Sequence record: KJ190158
Reading direction: 5' to 3' (one strand)
DNA from: Escherichia phage FFH2
Length of the DNA stretch: 64,000 bases
Shown here: in pieces, positions 10,327 to 20,063 of the stretch
Numbering within the stretch: the stretch's first letter is position 1
Layout of the letters: each line of letters begins with the position of its first letter
The notes under the pieces: generated by a model
Database searches by the model: none
What the model was told of the DNA's origin: nothing
The model's input: the letters and a program-made list of their open reading frames with translations, nothing else
Translations under genes and position numbers: made by a program

Positions 10327-10605
10327 ATGAGCTGTGAAAAATCTTTTTTCTTTATTATTTACGGTAAAGATAACTGCCCACATTGTGTAAGAGCAAAAGA
10401 ATTTGCAGTCAGTAAGGGTCTGCCTTTTGTATATAAGACACTTGGCGAGGGTTACACAAAAGAAGAGCTTATTGAGAAGTGCAGTCCAATCGTACCCAGA
10501 ACGTTGCCGCAGATCTTCTTAGAAAGTAATCTTGAAAGTGTCCATATAGGCGGTGCCGACGATTTCATCTCTTTTGTTAAAAATGGTTTTGGAGAGAAAA
10601 AGTGA
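10327..10605 (+). CDS. Glutaredoxin/thioredoxin-like redoxin
   Basis: CPHC redox motif in a 92-aa protein inside the nrd cluster. Confidence 0.7.
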   Translation: MSCEKSFFFIIYGKDNCPHCVRAKEFAVSKGLPFVYKTLGEGYTKEELIEKCSPIVPRTLPQIFLESNLESVHIGGADDFISFVKNGFGEKK

Positions 10606-11462
10606 AAGTTGTAAAACGGGACGGTAGAGAAGAGTTCTATAACGGAATTAAGGTGATCAAGGCGGCAGAGTCCGCCTTACTTGAGTCTGGACATACTGAA
10701 GAAGAAGCTTACCGGATCGCCTGCGCGGTTAATGAAGTTGTTGCTAACAATCTACCAACCGACCAGTGCACGATCTCTGTAAAAAATATCCATATCCTTG
10801 TTGAAGACGCTCTTATGGATATGGGTTTAAAATGTGCAGCCAGAGAATACATCCAGTATAGGCAGACAAGAGATAATAACAGAGAGGCAGGTGGAAAACT
10901 GCTTGCAGATATTAGTGGCTTCTTGGATCGCACTTGTGATGAATTTACAAAAGAAAACGCAAATAAGCCTACCAATCATGTACACACTCATCGTGACCTG
11001 CTTGCAGGCATCCTTAGCAAACACCTTGCATCAACACAGATCCTGACAGACCGTGTCTCAGAAGAGCACAATAAAGGCTTCATCCATGTGCATGATCTTG
11101 ACTACTTGATCAGTCCGTTAACAAACTGTTGTTTGGTAAATTATCCAGATATGTTGGAAAACGGATTCAACATTGGTAACGCCCATGTCAGTAAGCCGAA
11201 GTCAATAGGGGTTGCAACAACAATCCTTAGCCAAATCTCTAGTGCAGTAGCTAGTGCTCAATATGGAGGTCAGACTATGAGCCATATTGATCATTATCTG
11301 GCACAGTATGCTGAAGCGACCTATGAGAAGAACCTTAAATTTTGCCAGGAACATTGGTTGCCAGATGCTGAGACTGTTGCAATGCAAATGACAGATAAAG
11401 ACGTATTTGACAGCATGCAGACTTTGCTCTATCAAATCAATACGTTAACCTCTGTCAACGGT
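10602..11462 (+). CDS. nrdD: Anaerobic ribonucleotide reductase NrdD, exon 1
   Basis: ATP-cone VVKRDGREE; ends ...NTLTSVNG matching NrdD ...NTLHTANG before conserved QTPF. Confidence 0.8.
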
Positions 11463-12260
11463 TAACAAACTGGCCGTTGTAAAACTCTCCTAACCTCATA
11501 AGAGGGGTCGGTAAATCCGGCTAACGGGGAACGCTAAGGCGAAAGCTATGCCAATCCCGTGACTAGTTCTTACAGGAGTTGGAACGGTTGTAACGACTAA
11601 CGAAAGGCAGAGATGCTTGACAAACATTTCTGAACCAAGTAGTGTAGAGGTTAGTTGAAATACTAACTTCGAAATGGAGAGGCTCTATGAAAAAGATCAT
11701 TCTTAATGGTGAAGAATCAAACTATGTGATTGATGAGGTTGGAAACGTATACGGAAAACGTGGAATGCTACACCCAATATTGTGGGGAGGTTATGGAAAA
11801 GGTAACAAGCATGTTAAACGCCGTTATATGTACTCTTTCAACCACAAAGGTAAAAAGATTCGAATCCAAACCTCAAGGATTGTTGCCTTGTATTGTTTGC
11901 CAGATGTCCCAGAAGACCCTGAAAACTGGGAAGTGAATCATAAAGACGGCAATACATTGAATGATCATCCGTCTAACCTAGAGTGGGTTTTGCCGGAAGA
12001 TAATAAGAGACATGCTTTCCGAACAGGGCTTTGCCCAGGCAAGTGCTATAGGAAAGTGCAGGCATACAAAGGGAAAACCTTGGTGGGTGAATATCCTTCA
12101 CTCTATGCCTGTGCAAAAGCCTTAAATTTGAACGTAGGTAACGTTCATAGGGCTATCGAAGGAAATGCCGAAGGTAAGCATCTCACAATAAAGGGTTATT
12201 ATCTTATTGAAGTAGAGTAAGAGATAGTCTGGCCCTGTGGAAACACAGGGGAGGAGACAG
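11463..12260 (+). mobile_element. Group I intron interrupting nrdD, carrying an HNH homing endonuclease ORF
   Basis: Exon 1 ends on U, insert ends on G, splicing restores in-frame NGQTPF; P7-like gactag/tagtc pair; in-frame stop at intron start. Confidence 0.7.
11687..12220 (+). CDS. HNH homing endonuclease (intron-encoded)
   Basis: EVNHKDGNTLNDHPSNLEWV HNH motif; ggagagg RBS. Confidence 0.75.
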   Translation: MKKIILNGEESNYVIDEVGNVYGKRGMLHPILWGGYGKGNKHVKRRYMYSFNHKGKKIRIQTSRIVALYCLPDVPEDPENWEVNHKDGNTLNDHPSNLEWVLPEDNKRHAFRTGLCPGKCYRKVQAYKGKTLVGEYPSLYACAKALNLNVGNVHRAIEGNAEGKHLTIKGYYLIEVE

Positions 12261-13523
12261 CAGACTCCATTCATCACATTAAGTTTAGGACTGGATACCT
12301 CGGTCTTTGGTAGAATGATTACCAAAAATTACTTGAAAGTCCACAAAATGGGTCTTGGTGAAGAACGTATCACACCTGTGTTCCCTAAAGTGCTGTTCTT
12401 CCTAGAAGAGGGTGTCAACATGAACCCTGGAGATCCTAACTATGATTTGAAAAGATTGGCTCTGGAATGCTCTGCAGAGCGGATTTATCCTGACTTTGTT
12501 TCTGTTCCACTAAATCGTAAAGTGACAGGCTCGACAGATGGTAAAGTAACGAGCATGGGTTGCCGGAGTTTTCTTAGCAAATACAATGACTTGGAAACAG
12601 GCGAGGAGAAATACCTTGGCAGATTTAACTTAGGCGTTGTTAGCCTTAACCTGCCAATGATTGCGGCAAAAGCTAAAACGGAAGGTGTTGATTTCTTTGC
12701 AGTTCTTGACGAATACTTGGATCTTGCATACGAGGCTCACCTTGTAAGGGTTAACCGTCTAAAAGGAACAAAGGCAGGGCAGAACCCTATCATGTGGTGT
12801 GAAGGCGCTCTTGCTCGCCTGGATCCTGAAGAGAGTATTGATAAACTCTTCTATGACGGGTACGCTTCCATCAGTATTGGGTATATTGGTGTGTATGAAA
12901 CCTGTCAGATTTTGGGCAGAGAGGGTGACAAGGCTTTAGCTCTTGGAATCCTTCAGCACATGAAAGATGCTTGTGAGCGATATAAGAAGGAAAGTGGACT
13001 AGCATTTAGCTTGTACGGCACCCCTTCTGAGAGTTTATGCTATAAAGCTGCAACCTGTCTGGATCGTGAATATCCAGAAGTGTTGAAGCACGAGCATGAA
13101 TACCTCACCAACAGTTTCCATCAGCCAGTATGGATCAATAGTTCACCTTTTGATAAGTGGAAGTATGAAGAAGGTTTTGCTATGATCTCTTCTGGTGGCA
13201 ACATTGGATATATAGAGACACCTAACCTGAAAAACAACCTGGATGCTTTAGAGGCTCTTGTTGACTTCGGGTATAAACACATTATGTATTTTGGTATTAA
13301 CCAACCTGTGGATAAATGTCTCAAGTGTGGTTTCTCTGGTGAGTTCAGTGCAACAGCTAAAGGCTTTGTATGCCCAGAGTGTGGAAACCATGAAGAGGGA
13401 ACGATCAGTGTAATTCGACGTGTGTCCGGATACCTTTCCAGTCCTAACTCCCGTCCTTACAATAAAGGTAAGCAAGCGGAAGTTATCGAGCGAGTTAAGC
13501 ACTATGGAAGTTGTAGTTGCTGA
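12261..13523 (+). CDS. nrdD: Anaerobic ribonucleotide reductase NrdD, exon 2
   Basis: Begins QTPFITL; C-terminal Zn-ribbon CLKCG..CPECG and glycyl-radical motif RRVSGYL. Confidence 0.8.
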   Translation, partial: QTPFITLSLGLDTSVFGRMITKNYLKVHKMGLGEERITPVFPKVLFFLEEGVNMNPGDPNYDLKRLALECSAERIYPDFVSVPLNRKVTGSTDGKVTSMGCRSFLSKYNDLETGEEKYLGRFNLGVVSLNLPMIAAKAKTEGVDFFAVLDEYLDLAYEAHLVRVNRLKGTKAGQNPIMWCEGALARLDPEESIDKLFYDGYASISIGYIGVYETCQILGREGDKALALGILQHMKDACERYKKESGLAFSLYGTPSESLCYKAATCLDREYPEVLKHEHEYLTNSFHQPVWINSSPFDKWKYEEGFAMISSGGNIGYIETPNLKNNLDALEALVDFGYKHIMYFGINQPVDKCLKCGFSGEFSATAKGFVCPECGNHEEGTISVIRRVSGYLSSPNSRPYNKGKQAEVIERVKHYGSCSC

Positions 13524-13526
13524 TAC

Positions 13527-13556
13527 TTGACAAAAGCTACAAGGATGTGGCATATT
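13527..13556 (+). promoter_or_regulatory. sigma70-type promoter TTGACA-N18-CATATT with TG extended -10
   Basis: Consensus -35 and extended -10 between nrdD and downstream small ORF. Confidence 0.45.
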
Positions 13557-13586
13557 ATTGACACACAGTGAGCTAGGAGGTACAGT

Positions 13587-13703
13587 ATGTCTACAGGTAT
13601 TTATAAAATTTGCAAGTGTGGTTGTCGTTGCAATCTTCGTTGGTGCAAGGCACTGGACGATTTTATTTGGCATTGCCCTAAATGTGATGCGGAGTATCTA
13701 TGA
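13587..13703 (+). CDS. Small Cys-rich protein (38 aa), putative zinc ribbon
   Basis: aggagg RBS then ATG; MSTGIYKICKCGCRCNLRWCKALDDFIWHCPKCDAEYL; stop overlaps nrdG ATG. Confidence 0.4.
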   Translation: MSTGIYKICKCGCRCNLRWCKALDDFIWHCPKCDAEYL

Positions 13704-14173
13704 ACATTGCCGGATACACAGAAATATCTTACACCGAAGGACCAGGTATTAGAACTGCCTTATGGGTATCTGGGTGCCCACACGCTTGCCCTGGTTGCTT
13801 TAATCAGGCATTTTGGTCAAAAGATAAGGGGAGAGAGTTTACTGAAGAAGATTTGCAAAAAATCTTGTCAGATTTAGATAACCCGTCTGTGTGCGGTATC
13901 TCTCTGCTGGGTGGAGAACCATTAGCATACTATAATGAGCCAGATATTATTAGCCTGATGGAGAAAATTAAGGAAAAATTTGGTGACAAGAAAACTATTC
14001 TTGTATATACTGGGTTCACATTTGACCATATCTCTAGTGATGTTCTTAAACTGGCTGATATCATCATTGACGGTAAGTATGTAAAAGATTTACCAACCAA
14101 GAAACCGTTCCGAGGTAGCGATAACCAAAGAATGTTTAAAAAAGTAGCAGGCGGTTGGGTTCAGGTAGACTAG
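13700..14173 (+). CDS. nrdG: Anaerobic RNR activating enzyme (radical SAM)
   Basis: CPHACPGC radical-SAM cluster motif; follows nrdD. Confidence 0.8.
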   Translation: MNIAGYTEISYTEGPGIRTALWVSGCPHACPGCFNQAFWSKDKGREFTEEDLQKILSDLDNPSVCGISLLGGEPLAYYNEPDIISLMEKIKEKFGDKKTILVYTGFTFDHISSDVLKLADIIIDGKYVKDLPTKKPFRGSDNQRMFKKVAGGWVQVD

Positions 14174-14176
14174 TTG

Positions 14177-14206
14177 TTGACAAAGCTTTGTTTAGATAGG
14201 TATAAT
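14177..14206 (+). promoter_or_regulatory. sigma70-type promoter TTGACA-N18-TATAAT
   Basis: Consensus hexamers after nrdG stop. Confidence 0.55.
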
Positions 14207-14237
14207 TATCGTAAAATGAAAGAAGAGGGGGTGCCAA

Positions 14238-14351
14238 ATGGCTAAAAAAGCCTTGAAGAAGGCGTACAAAAAAGAGATTGCGCTTGAGCTTAAGAAAAAA
14301 CACAAGCGTGAAAAGAAATATCATGAGGATGAAGAGGGGGTGCAACAGTGA
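14238..14351 (+). CDS. Small basic protein (37 aa)
   Basis: RBS gaagagggggtgc then ATG; Lys-rich; below ORF-track size cutoff. Confidence 0.35.
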   Translation: MAKKALKKAYKKEIALELKKKHKREKKYHEDEEGVQQ

Positions 14352-14698
14352 CACAAGAACGTATCGATTTGGCTAATAAGTTTGTAGATCTCATTTTGCC
14401 ACGGTTAGTTACTCAACATGCAGATGCTATTTCTACTAATCTTGATGGCTTACGTCTAATGCTGAATCGCACAGATGACCCTCGTATTCGGGCTGATTTA
14501 GAAGCCTCTGCCAACAAACTGGAAAAGTTCTTGCAAGTGGACACGCAAGAAGCCTTGCACAAGATCATGGTGGAAGGTTTCTCTAAAGAATTTACCGTTA
14601 AAGAGCTTAAGGAGCTGATCCACCAAGAAGAGATGAATATCCGAGTTCAGGCTGTTGCAAGCAGCATGGAAGCGGCTATTGAAAAACTGTTGCAGTAA
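14348..14698 (+). CDS. hypothetical protein
   Basis: GTG start after second copy of gaagagggggtgc. Confidence 0.45.
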   Translation: MTQERIDLANKFVDLILPRLVTQHADAISTNLDGLRLMLNRTDDPRIRADLEASANKLEKFLQVDTQEALHKIMVEGFSKEFTVKELKELIHQEEMNIRVQAVASSMEAAIEKLLQ

Positions 14699-14736
14699 AA
14701 GTACTTGGCACATCTCAATCTGAAAGGAGTCCCAAC

Positions 14737-15525
14737 ATGGGTCGAGCTAAAGAAACAAAACGCATGCGTGATGAAGCTAGAGAGGCTCGCAAATCTGATC
14801 GCCTGCGTAAGGCTGCTGAGAAATTTGCTGACGAAAGAGAGCACACTGCTCCAGCTCTCCGACCAATGAATAAGAAGCAGCAAAAGTATCTTGATTATCT
14901 AGGGTCACGTAAGATTATTATTGTAAACGGTGTGTTTGGATCCGGTAAGACGTTCATGGCATCTGCATATGCAGGTGATCTTCTGCGTAAGAACGAGATT
15001 GATAAGATCATTGTTGCACGTCCTTACGTTCAGACAGGAAAGACTTCAGGATTTAAACCTGGAAATGCAATGCAGAAACTGTGGCCCTATCTTCGAAGCA
15101 TGATGGACACGATTTGTCGTCGTGTTGGCAAAGGTGCTTTTGCCGCAATGCTGGGAGACGGTCAGAACAGCCGTATCGAGATTTGTGAGGTTGAAAGCAT
15201 TCGTGGTCGTAGTTTCGATGAGCGATGCTTTGTCCTGATTGACGAGGCACAGCAAACTAACCCTGAAGAAATGTTGTCAATTATCACAAGGATCTCTGAT
15301 CAGGCCACCCTTGTAATTATGGGCGATAATAGCCAACGTGACATCCCTGGTAAATCTGGCCTTGCATGGGTGACGGATTTCTTTACTCGTCATCCAGATC
15401 CTGAGGTTGGAATGATCAGCTTTGATAGTCCAGACGATGTTGTTCGTTCCGGGTTGGGTCGTCAGATTGCACTCAATCTTATTGAGGATCGTGCAAATCA
15501 TATTTGGACCCCTGTTTCCGAGTAA
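14737..15525 (+). CDS. phoH: PhoH-like ATPase
   Basis: Walker A GVFGSGKT, Walker B VLIDEAQ, PhoH-like architecture; RBS aaaggag. Confidence 0.85.
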   Translation: MGRAKETKRMRDEAREARKSDRLRKAAEKFADEREHTAPALRPMNKKQQKYLDYLGSRKIIIVNGVFGSGKTFMASAYAGDLLRKNEIDKIIVARPYVQTGKTSGFKPGNAMQKLWPYLRSMMDTICRRVGKGAFAAMLGDGQNSRIEICEVESIRGRSFDERCFVLIDEAQQTNPEEMLSIITRISDQATLVIMGDNSQRDIPGKSGLAWVTDFFTRHPDPEVGMISFDSPDDVVRSGLGRQIALNLIEDRANHIWTPVSE

Positions 15526-15569
15526 TACAGAAGGGTGGTTATTCCACCCTTAGATATCTAAAACAGCTG

Positions 15570-15598
15570 TTGACAAACAGGTAAGATTTAGATATTAT
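15570..15598 (+). promoter_or_regulatory. sigma70-type promoter TTGACA-N17-TATTAT
   Basis: Consensus hexamers upstream of ATG 15629. Confidence 0.55.
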
Positions 15599-15628
15599 TA
15601 CCGGACAAGACAAGGAGAAGGAGATAGT

Positions 15629-15940
15629 ATGGCTACAATACAAGAGAGGCTGAATAAAATATACTGCCTGTTTGTCTATAACGGCGAGACAATTTTGGCA
15701 TATAAAGGATCCAAGAATGTATGGATCAAGGACAGTGGTGGTAATATAATCAACTTAGCGTTGCTACGTGAGCGCCGACACAGATTCTTTATCGAGTCTC
15801 GGATTATTGAAAGCAACACCTGCTACAGAACAGGCGATAAAGTGATTGTTGACAATGATACGTGGTATGTGGTAGACTGGCAATCATTGAGCTGTGATGC
15901 TTCTGACAATCGTAAGTATTCCCTAGTGATTGCTAAATAA
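15629..15940 (+). CDS. hypothetical protein
   Basis: ATG with aaggag RBS. Confidence 0.5.
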   Translation: MATIQERLNKIYCLFVYNGETILAYKGSKNVWIKDSGGNIINLALLRERRHRFFIESRIIESNTCYRTGDKVIVDNDTWYVVDWQSLSCDASDNRKYSLVIAK

Positions 15941-16000
15941 AGGTAAATGTGAATCAGGTTTAAATAAATAGCTTTCAACTTCCAATATTAAGGATTTCTC

Positions 16001-17050
16001 ATGAATTTAACACCTCGCAGCACCATGGTACACGGCATGAAAGAAAAACAGAACGGTTTCGAACCTATGAGTAATAAAATGTTTGGTATGCCGGGTGGTA
16101 TTATGGAAACATACAGCTACCCAACACCTGTTGTTGACCACGTTCTTTATATCGACGATTTGGAAGACTTACAAGATCATATGTCTCGTCTGCAGACGAT
16201 CCGTATGGCTCAGCCGGAAGAAAGCATTCGGGTGATCATCAATAGCCCTGGGGGTTGCGTGCACATTGCAATGGCTTATCTGCAGGCATTCCGCGAGTCT
16301 CAGGCAAGCGTTGTTGCACATGCCGAAGGGATGTGTTGCTCTGCTGGAACAATCTTATGGCTTGGTTGCAAAGAACGTACTGTGGCTCCGGACACAGAAT
16401 TTATGTTCCACTACTATCAAGGTGGCACTTATGGTAACGGTGTGAACATGAATACTCAGGTCAGCTACTGGAAAAAACGTTTTGAACGCCTGATCGAAAA
16501 ATACTACGGTGGGGTGCTGACAGAAGATGAGATCGCATCCATCACAGCTGGTGGCGAAGTGTGGTTGGACGGAGAAGAGCTGGCAGCACGCACTGGAGCT
16601 ATTATTCTGGATGAAGGCAACATACAACGCATCCAGAACGGACAAAAACCGAAAAAGCTTCTGGCAAAAGGTGATGAGGAAGGCGTGTTAGGTGAAGCAG
16701 GTCTTCCGGAGATTCACCAGTGCACATCTTTAGATGAGTTAGTTCATGCTGTTGAATCTGCAAAAGCGGGCGGTTCGAAAGGTGATGTTCACACCGTGTT
16801 CCTGAACCTGCAGATGGAAAGTGGCGAGACCGTCAGAATTGCCCTGGGTGAAATTACTTCAGAAGATCTGCAGAGATTCTCTGTCGTTGAACTTCAGGAT
16901 ATTCTGTCTCAATTGAAGACTACTCTGAACGGCGGTGAAGAGGTTAAGGTGAAAGATAAGACTCGCAAGCGTCTGGTGGATAATATTATTAAAACAGCAA
17001 AAGAGCTCAATGAAAAAATCCTGGGTGCAGGAATTGTCGAAGAAGTTTAA
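16001..17050 (+). CDS. ClpP-like serine peptidase (S14) with long C-terminal extension
   Basis: INSPGG, GMCCSAGT (Ser) and MFHYYQGG (His) align with ClpP catalytic motifs. Confidence 0.75.
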   Translation: MNLTPRSTMVHGMKEKQNGFEPMSNKMFGMPGGIMETYSYPTPVVDHVLYIDDLEDLQDHMSRLQTIRMAQPEESIRVIINSPGGCVHIAMAYLQAFRESQASVVAHAEGMCCSAGTILWLGCKERTVAPDTEFMFHYYQGGTYGNGVNMNTQVSYWKKRFERLIEKYYGGVLTEDEIASITAGGEVWLDGEELAARTGAIILDEGNIQRIQNGQKPKKLLAKGDEEGVLGEAGLPEIHQCTSLDELVHAVESAKAGGSKGDVHTVFLNLQMESGETVRIALGEITSEDLQRFSVVELQDILSQLKTTLNGGEEVKVKDKTRKRLVDNIIKTAKELNEKILGAGIVEEV

Positions 17051-17062
17051 ACATTAATTCTA

Positions 17063-17086
17063 AAGCCCTCTTCGGAGGGCTTTTAT
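17063..17086 (+). terminator. Intrinsic terminator gccctc-ttcg-gagggc plus tttt
   Basis: Stem-loop with T-tract after protease stop. Confidence 0.6.
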
Positions 17087-17101
17087 GATCTGGAGATTTG
17101 C

Positions 17102-17635
17102 ATGACTTGTGCTAGAAAACCTGATGAACAACGTAACGCCTACGATGAGTATGTGACACCGGAGTGGTGTGCAGAAGGGCTGTATGACCTTATTCCGTTC
17201 CCAGAAGACTGGACCTACTTAGAGCCTTGCAGGAATAGTGCCTCAGGTGTGTTCTACTCCCGTATGCCGTTAGGATCTGCATGGGGAGAAATCCAAGAAG
17301 GTGTTGACTATCTGAATACAGAATACAACCATGTTGACTGTATTATCACCAACCCACCATACAGCTTGGCTCGTGAGTTTGTAGACAAGGCGTTGAAAGA
17401 TGCTGACGTAGTTATTATGCTTTTACGTCTTAATTTTCTGGAAAGCAAAGCCAGATTTGAATGGTGGCTTGATAATGCACCTACCACTGTGATCACAATA
17501 TCTAAGCGTCCATCATTTCAATCAAATGGTAGAACTGACGGGCAAGCATATGCATATTTTGTATGGGACAAGAAAAACCGTCTAGACTTGCCGCCATTTA
17601 TGTGGTTGGCACCACCAGAGGCAGATTTGAAATGA
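17102..17635 (+). CDS. Phage-type DNA N6-adenine methyltransferase (small Dam-like)
   Basis: YVTPEW, LEPCRNSASG and catalytic ITNPPYS motifs. Confidence 0.65.
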   Translation: MTCARKPDEQRNAYDEYVTPEWCAEGLYDLIPFPEDWTYLEPCRNSASGVFYSRMPLGSAWGEIQEGVDYLNTEYNHVDCIITNPPYSLAREFVDKALKDADVVIMLLRLNFLESKARFEWWLDNAPTTVITISKRPSFQSNGRTDGQAYAYFVWDKKNRLDLPPFMWLAPPEADLK

Positions 17636-17916
17636 AAATGAGTGCTAAGGACAAGTTGCACCAGTTAGCGCTAAAACGTCCTGTAACGCTCCCTGACGAG
17701 CTTAACTCCATTTATGATGCGATTGTAGGGGAGATACAAAATAAAGCGTTAGCAGGCTTTCTGGGATGCGGATTTTCGATAAATCTACCCTCGCATCTCT
17801 CAGATTACTTCCCGCACATTGTTGGGGATTTGAGGGCAGGAGGTCTGCAGGTGGATGTTGTTGGCATCTCTCCGGAGAAAAATAACACAGTTGCCTACTT
17901 GACAGTGACCTGGTAG
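17632..17916 (+). CDS. hypothetical protein
   Basis: ATG overlapping upstream stop (ATGA). Confidence 0.4.
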   Translation: MKMSAKDKLHQLALKRPVTLPDELNSIYDAIVGEIQNKALAGFLGCGFSINLPSHLSDYFPHIVGDLRAGGLQVDVVGISPEKNNTVAYLTVTW

Positions 17917-17951
17917 TAGTGTATTTTGTTTTCAACAAGAGGGGGTCATTT

Positions 17952-18191
17952 ATGTACAAGTCATTCTCAATCTACTCAAGACAGGCGAAACACTACACAG
18001 AGATCCTGATCACTCAGAAAAAGTCTGTAGAAGGTGAGTGGGAGTATCACCATAAAATGTTGCGTCCAGATTGGGTTTTTGATAGACTTATTGCTATGAT
18101 CCCTCTTGGAGAAGTATACCCTCTGACAGGTCATAGGGATGCTTGGGATTTAATTGATTACATAGATTCATTTAAGGAGCCCAGTGTATGA
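17952..18191 (+). CDS. hypothetical protein
   Basis: ATG 17952 after agagggggt RBS. Confidence 0.4.
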   Translation: MYKSFSIYSRQAKHYTEILITQKKSVEGEWEYHHKMLRPDWVFDRLIAMIPLGEVYPLTGHRDAWDLIDYIDSFKEPSV

Positions 18192-18586
18192 AGATTGAGA
18201 TCACTAAAGAAGGTAAGAAAGTGTCTGGAGACTATGCAACAGTAATTCGAGATTTAATGTTTGAAACCACCAAGTTCGGCACATCTAAAGTTGGTCAAAC
18301 TGTTAGTGTGCAAGGCAATATCACCACAGGGGAGAAGATAATCATCGTGATCAAAGGACAAGATCCTGTGGAAGGAACAGTGGGCCGAGGAGGCTACCTG
18401 TGCATTTCTGAAGAACCGCGCATGCTGGTTGCTGATAACTCCACAGGTAAAAAGCGGGTATGTAACACGGACGAGGTGATGATTATCTATCCAGTCAATC
18501 CAGATGATCCGGCAACATGGATTGTGGGAAATGAAATCTTCTCTTTAGAAGAGTTATCCTTTCCAGCTCCGCGCTCTGTTCAGTAA
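18188..18586 (+). CDS. hypothetical protein
   Basis: ORF, coupled start. Confidence 0.5.
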   Translation: MKIEITKEGKKVSGDYATVIRDLMFETTKFGTSKVGQTVSVQGNITTGEKIIIVIKGQDPVEGTVGRGGYLCISEEPRMLVADNSTGKKRVCNTDEVMIIYPVNPDDPATWIVGNEIFSLEELSFPAPRSVQ

Positions 18587-18625
18587 TAATTTATCTTACC
18601 AGGGACGGTAGAAGTAGGAGGTAGC

Positions 18626-18859
18626 ATGAAAGTTAAATTTCTTACAGATTTAGGGTACCCTTCCTTGGTTGACTGCATTGGTAAAATTGTGGAAGCAAAA
18701 CGGCTATCTGCAAACGATAATGTTGTCATGGTTAAGGGAAAAGATTTATTAGCTGCAGGTGCAGAGTCTGGCAGGATCTCTCCTGACTATACATATTACT
18801 TATCTTTAAGTAATCTACCAGAACGAGGCGGCAAAGGCCTTGAAGTTGTGGAGGAGTGA
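18626..18859 (+). CDS. Small acidic protein, MKVK-family paralog
   Basis: MKVKFL N-terminus, KGKDLLAAGA core, EVVEE C-terminus shared with 22289-26674 array. Confidence 0.5.
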   Translation: MKVKFLTDLGYPSLVDCIGKIVEAKRLSANDNVVMVKGKDLLAAGAESGRISPDYTYYLSLSNLPERGGKGLEVVEE

Positions 18860-19401
18860 CAGGTATGCTTCTGATTAACTGGGAAGACCTCTATGGGGAC
18901 AAAGACCCTGTTGCGTTTGTTGATCGTAGATGGAGATACACTGAAGAACAACTGGCTGCAAAAAATTTAACTGCGAAACGCAGAAAGATCATCCAGTGCA
19001 AGTACAAATACGCACAATTTGCTGCAAAAGTGTCTCCACAAATCGAGAGTTTTGTACTTAAATTGTATGACGAATACCTCAAGTTCAAATTGGATTTTGT
19101 ACAGGTGTACCGTGCACAGGTACGCCCAGATACCAACATATGTAGATGGAAGGTTGTTTGTGACGGTAAAGATTTGCCGCTCAGCTTGACAATTGAGTGG
19201 CGTTATGGGTATCATGAGTGTGGTCTGTATGATACTTGGGATGTCATTGTAGATCCTGCTAAGTACCTGAACACAGAGGAGCTGGAATATATCAATAAGG
19301 TTATTCTCGATATGTTTTTCAGATACACCCGTGAAAACTCTGAGAAAGAACGGGATGATTTTCTTGACACCATCAGCAACCATCTGCAGTATACAATTTA
19401 A
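18856..19401 (+). CDS. hypothetical protein
   Basis: ORF only. Confidence 0.5.
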   Translation: MTGMLLINWEDLYGDKDPVAFVDRRWRYTEEQLAAKNLTAKRRKIIQCKYKYAQFAAKVSPQIESFVLKLYDEYLKFKLDFVQVYRAQVRPDTNICRWKVVCDGKDLPLSLTIEWRYGYHECGLYDTWDVIVDPAKYLNTEELEYINKVILDMFFRYTRENSEKERDDFLDTISNHLQYTI

Positions 19402-19419
19402 CCTACAAAGGGAGGGCTA

Positions 19420-19644
19420 ATGAGTATAAATGTTGTGCTAATAGGCTACCTGGTAATAGCCGTTATAACAGCGGTATTCTTGACAGGTATATGCATCGTG
19501 TCTAGACGAAAGGTGAAGTTTGATGATTTTATCACCATCATCACTGCTGCACCTTTTTGGCCTATTGTTATCTTCATCGTAATAATGTGCCTAGTTGATT
19601 ACTACAAGAATATTCGTAAGGAGAAAAAGGAGAGTAGGGATTGA
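19420..19644 (+). CDS. Small membrane protein (2 predicted TM)
   Basis: Hydrophobic segments VLIGYLVIAVITAVFL and FWPIVIFIVIMCLV. Confidence 0.5.
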   Translation: MSINVVLIGYLVIAVITAVFLTGICIVSRRKVKFDDFITIITAAPFWPIVIFIVIMCLVDYYKNIRKEKKESRD

Positions 19645-19875
19645 GACCGCACCTAAAACTGTTTATACTGTTCTTAAAGAGATTGCGTTCTACGCAGATC
19701 TTAGCCAGGCACCTTTATGGGAAAAGAGCATGTATTTAAAATGGTGCGTTAATTTAGGGAGACCTTCCAGTGTTTCAAGCCATGTTTATTGAGATGCTAT
19801 CTGGGGTATTGTTACTGGTAGCCATCTTAGGTGGTGCAGTTCTGATGTATAACTATCTTGAAAAAGGAGACAGCA

Positions 19876-20061
19876 ATGGCAAAAAATAAATCTTTAGAGC
19901 AGGCTGAAAACCTTCTCCACGAGCTGGTAAAGGAGTGGAAAGTTGAATACTCAGATTTTAATGCACGAGAGGGTGAAGATTATTGGCCTACGGAGCGCTC
20001 AGAGGGCGAATGGTATCAAGATTTTATAGAGTGGTTATATCAGACGTGCGATGAGGGGTGA
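19876..20061 (+). CDS. hypothetical protein
   Basis: ATG 19876 after aaaggaga. Confidence 0.4.
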   Translation: MAKNKSLEQAENLLHELVKEWKVEYSDFNAREGEDYWPTERSEGEWYQDFIEWLYQTCDEG

Positions 20062-20063
20062 CG

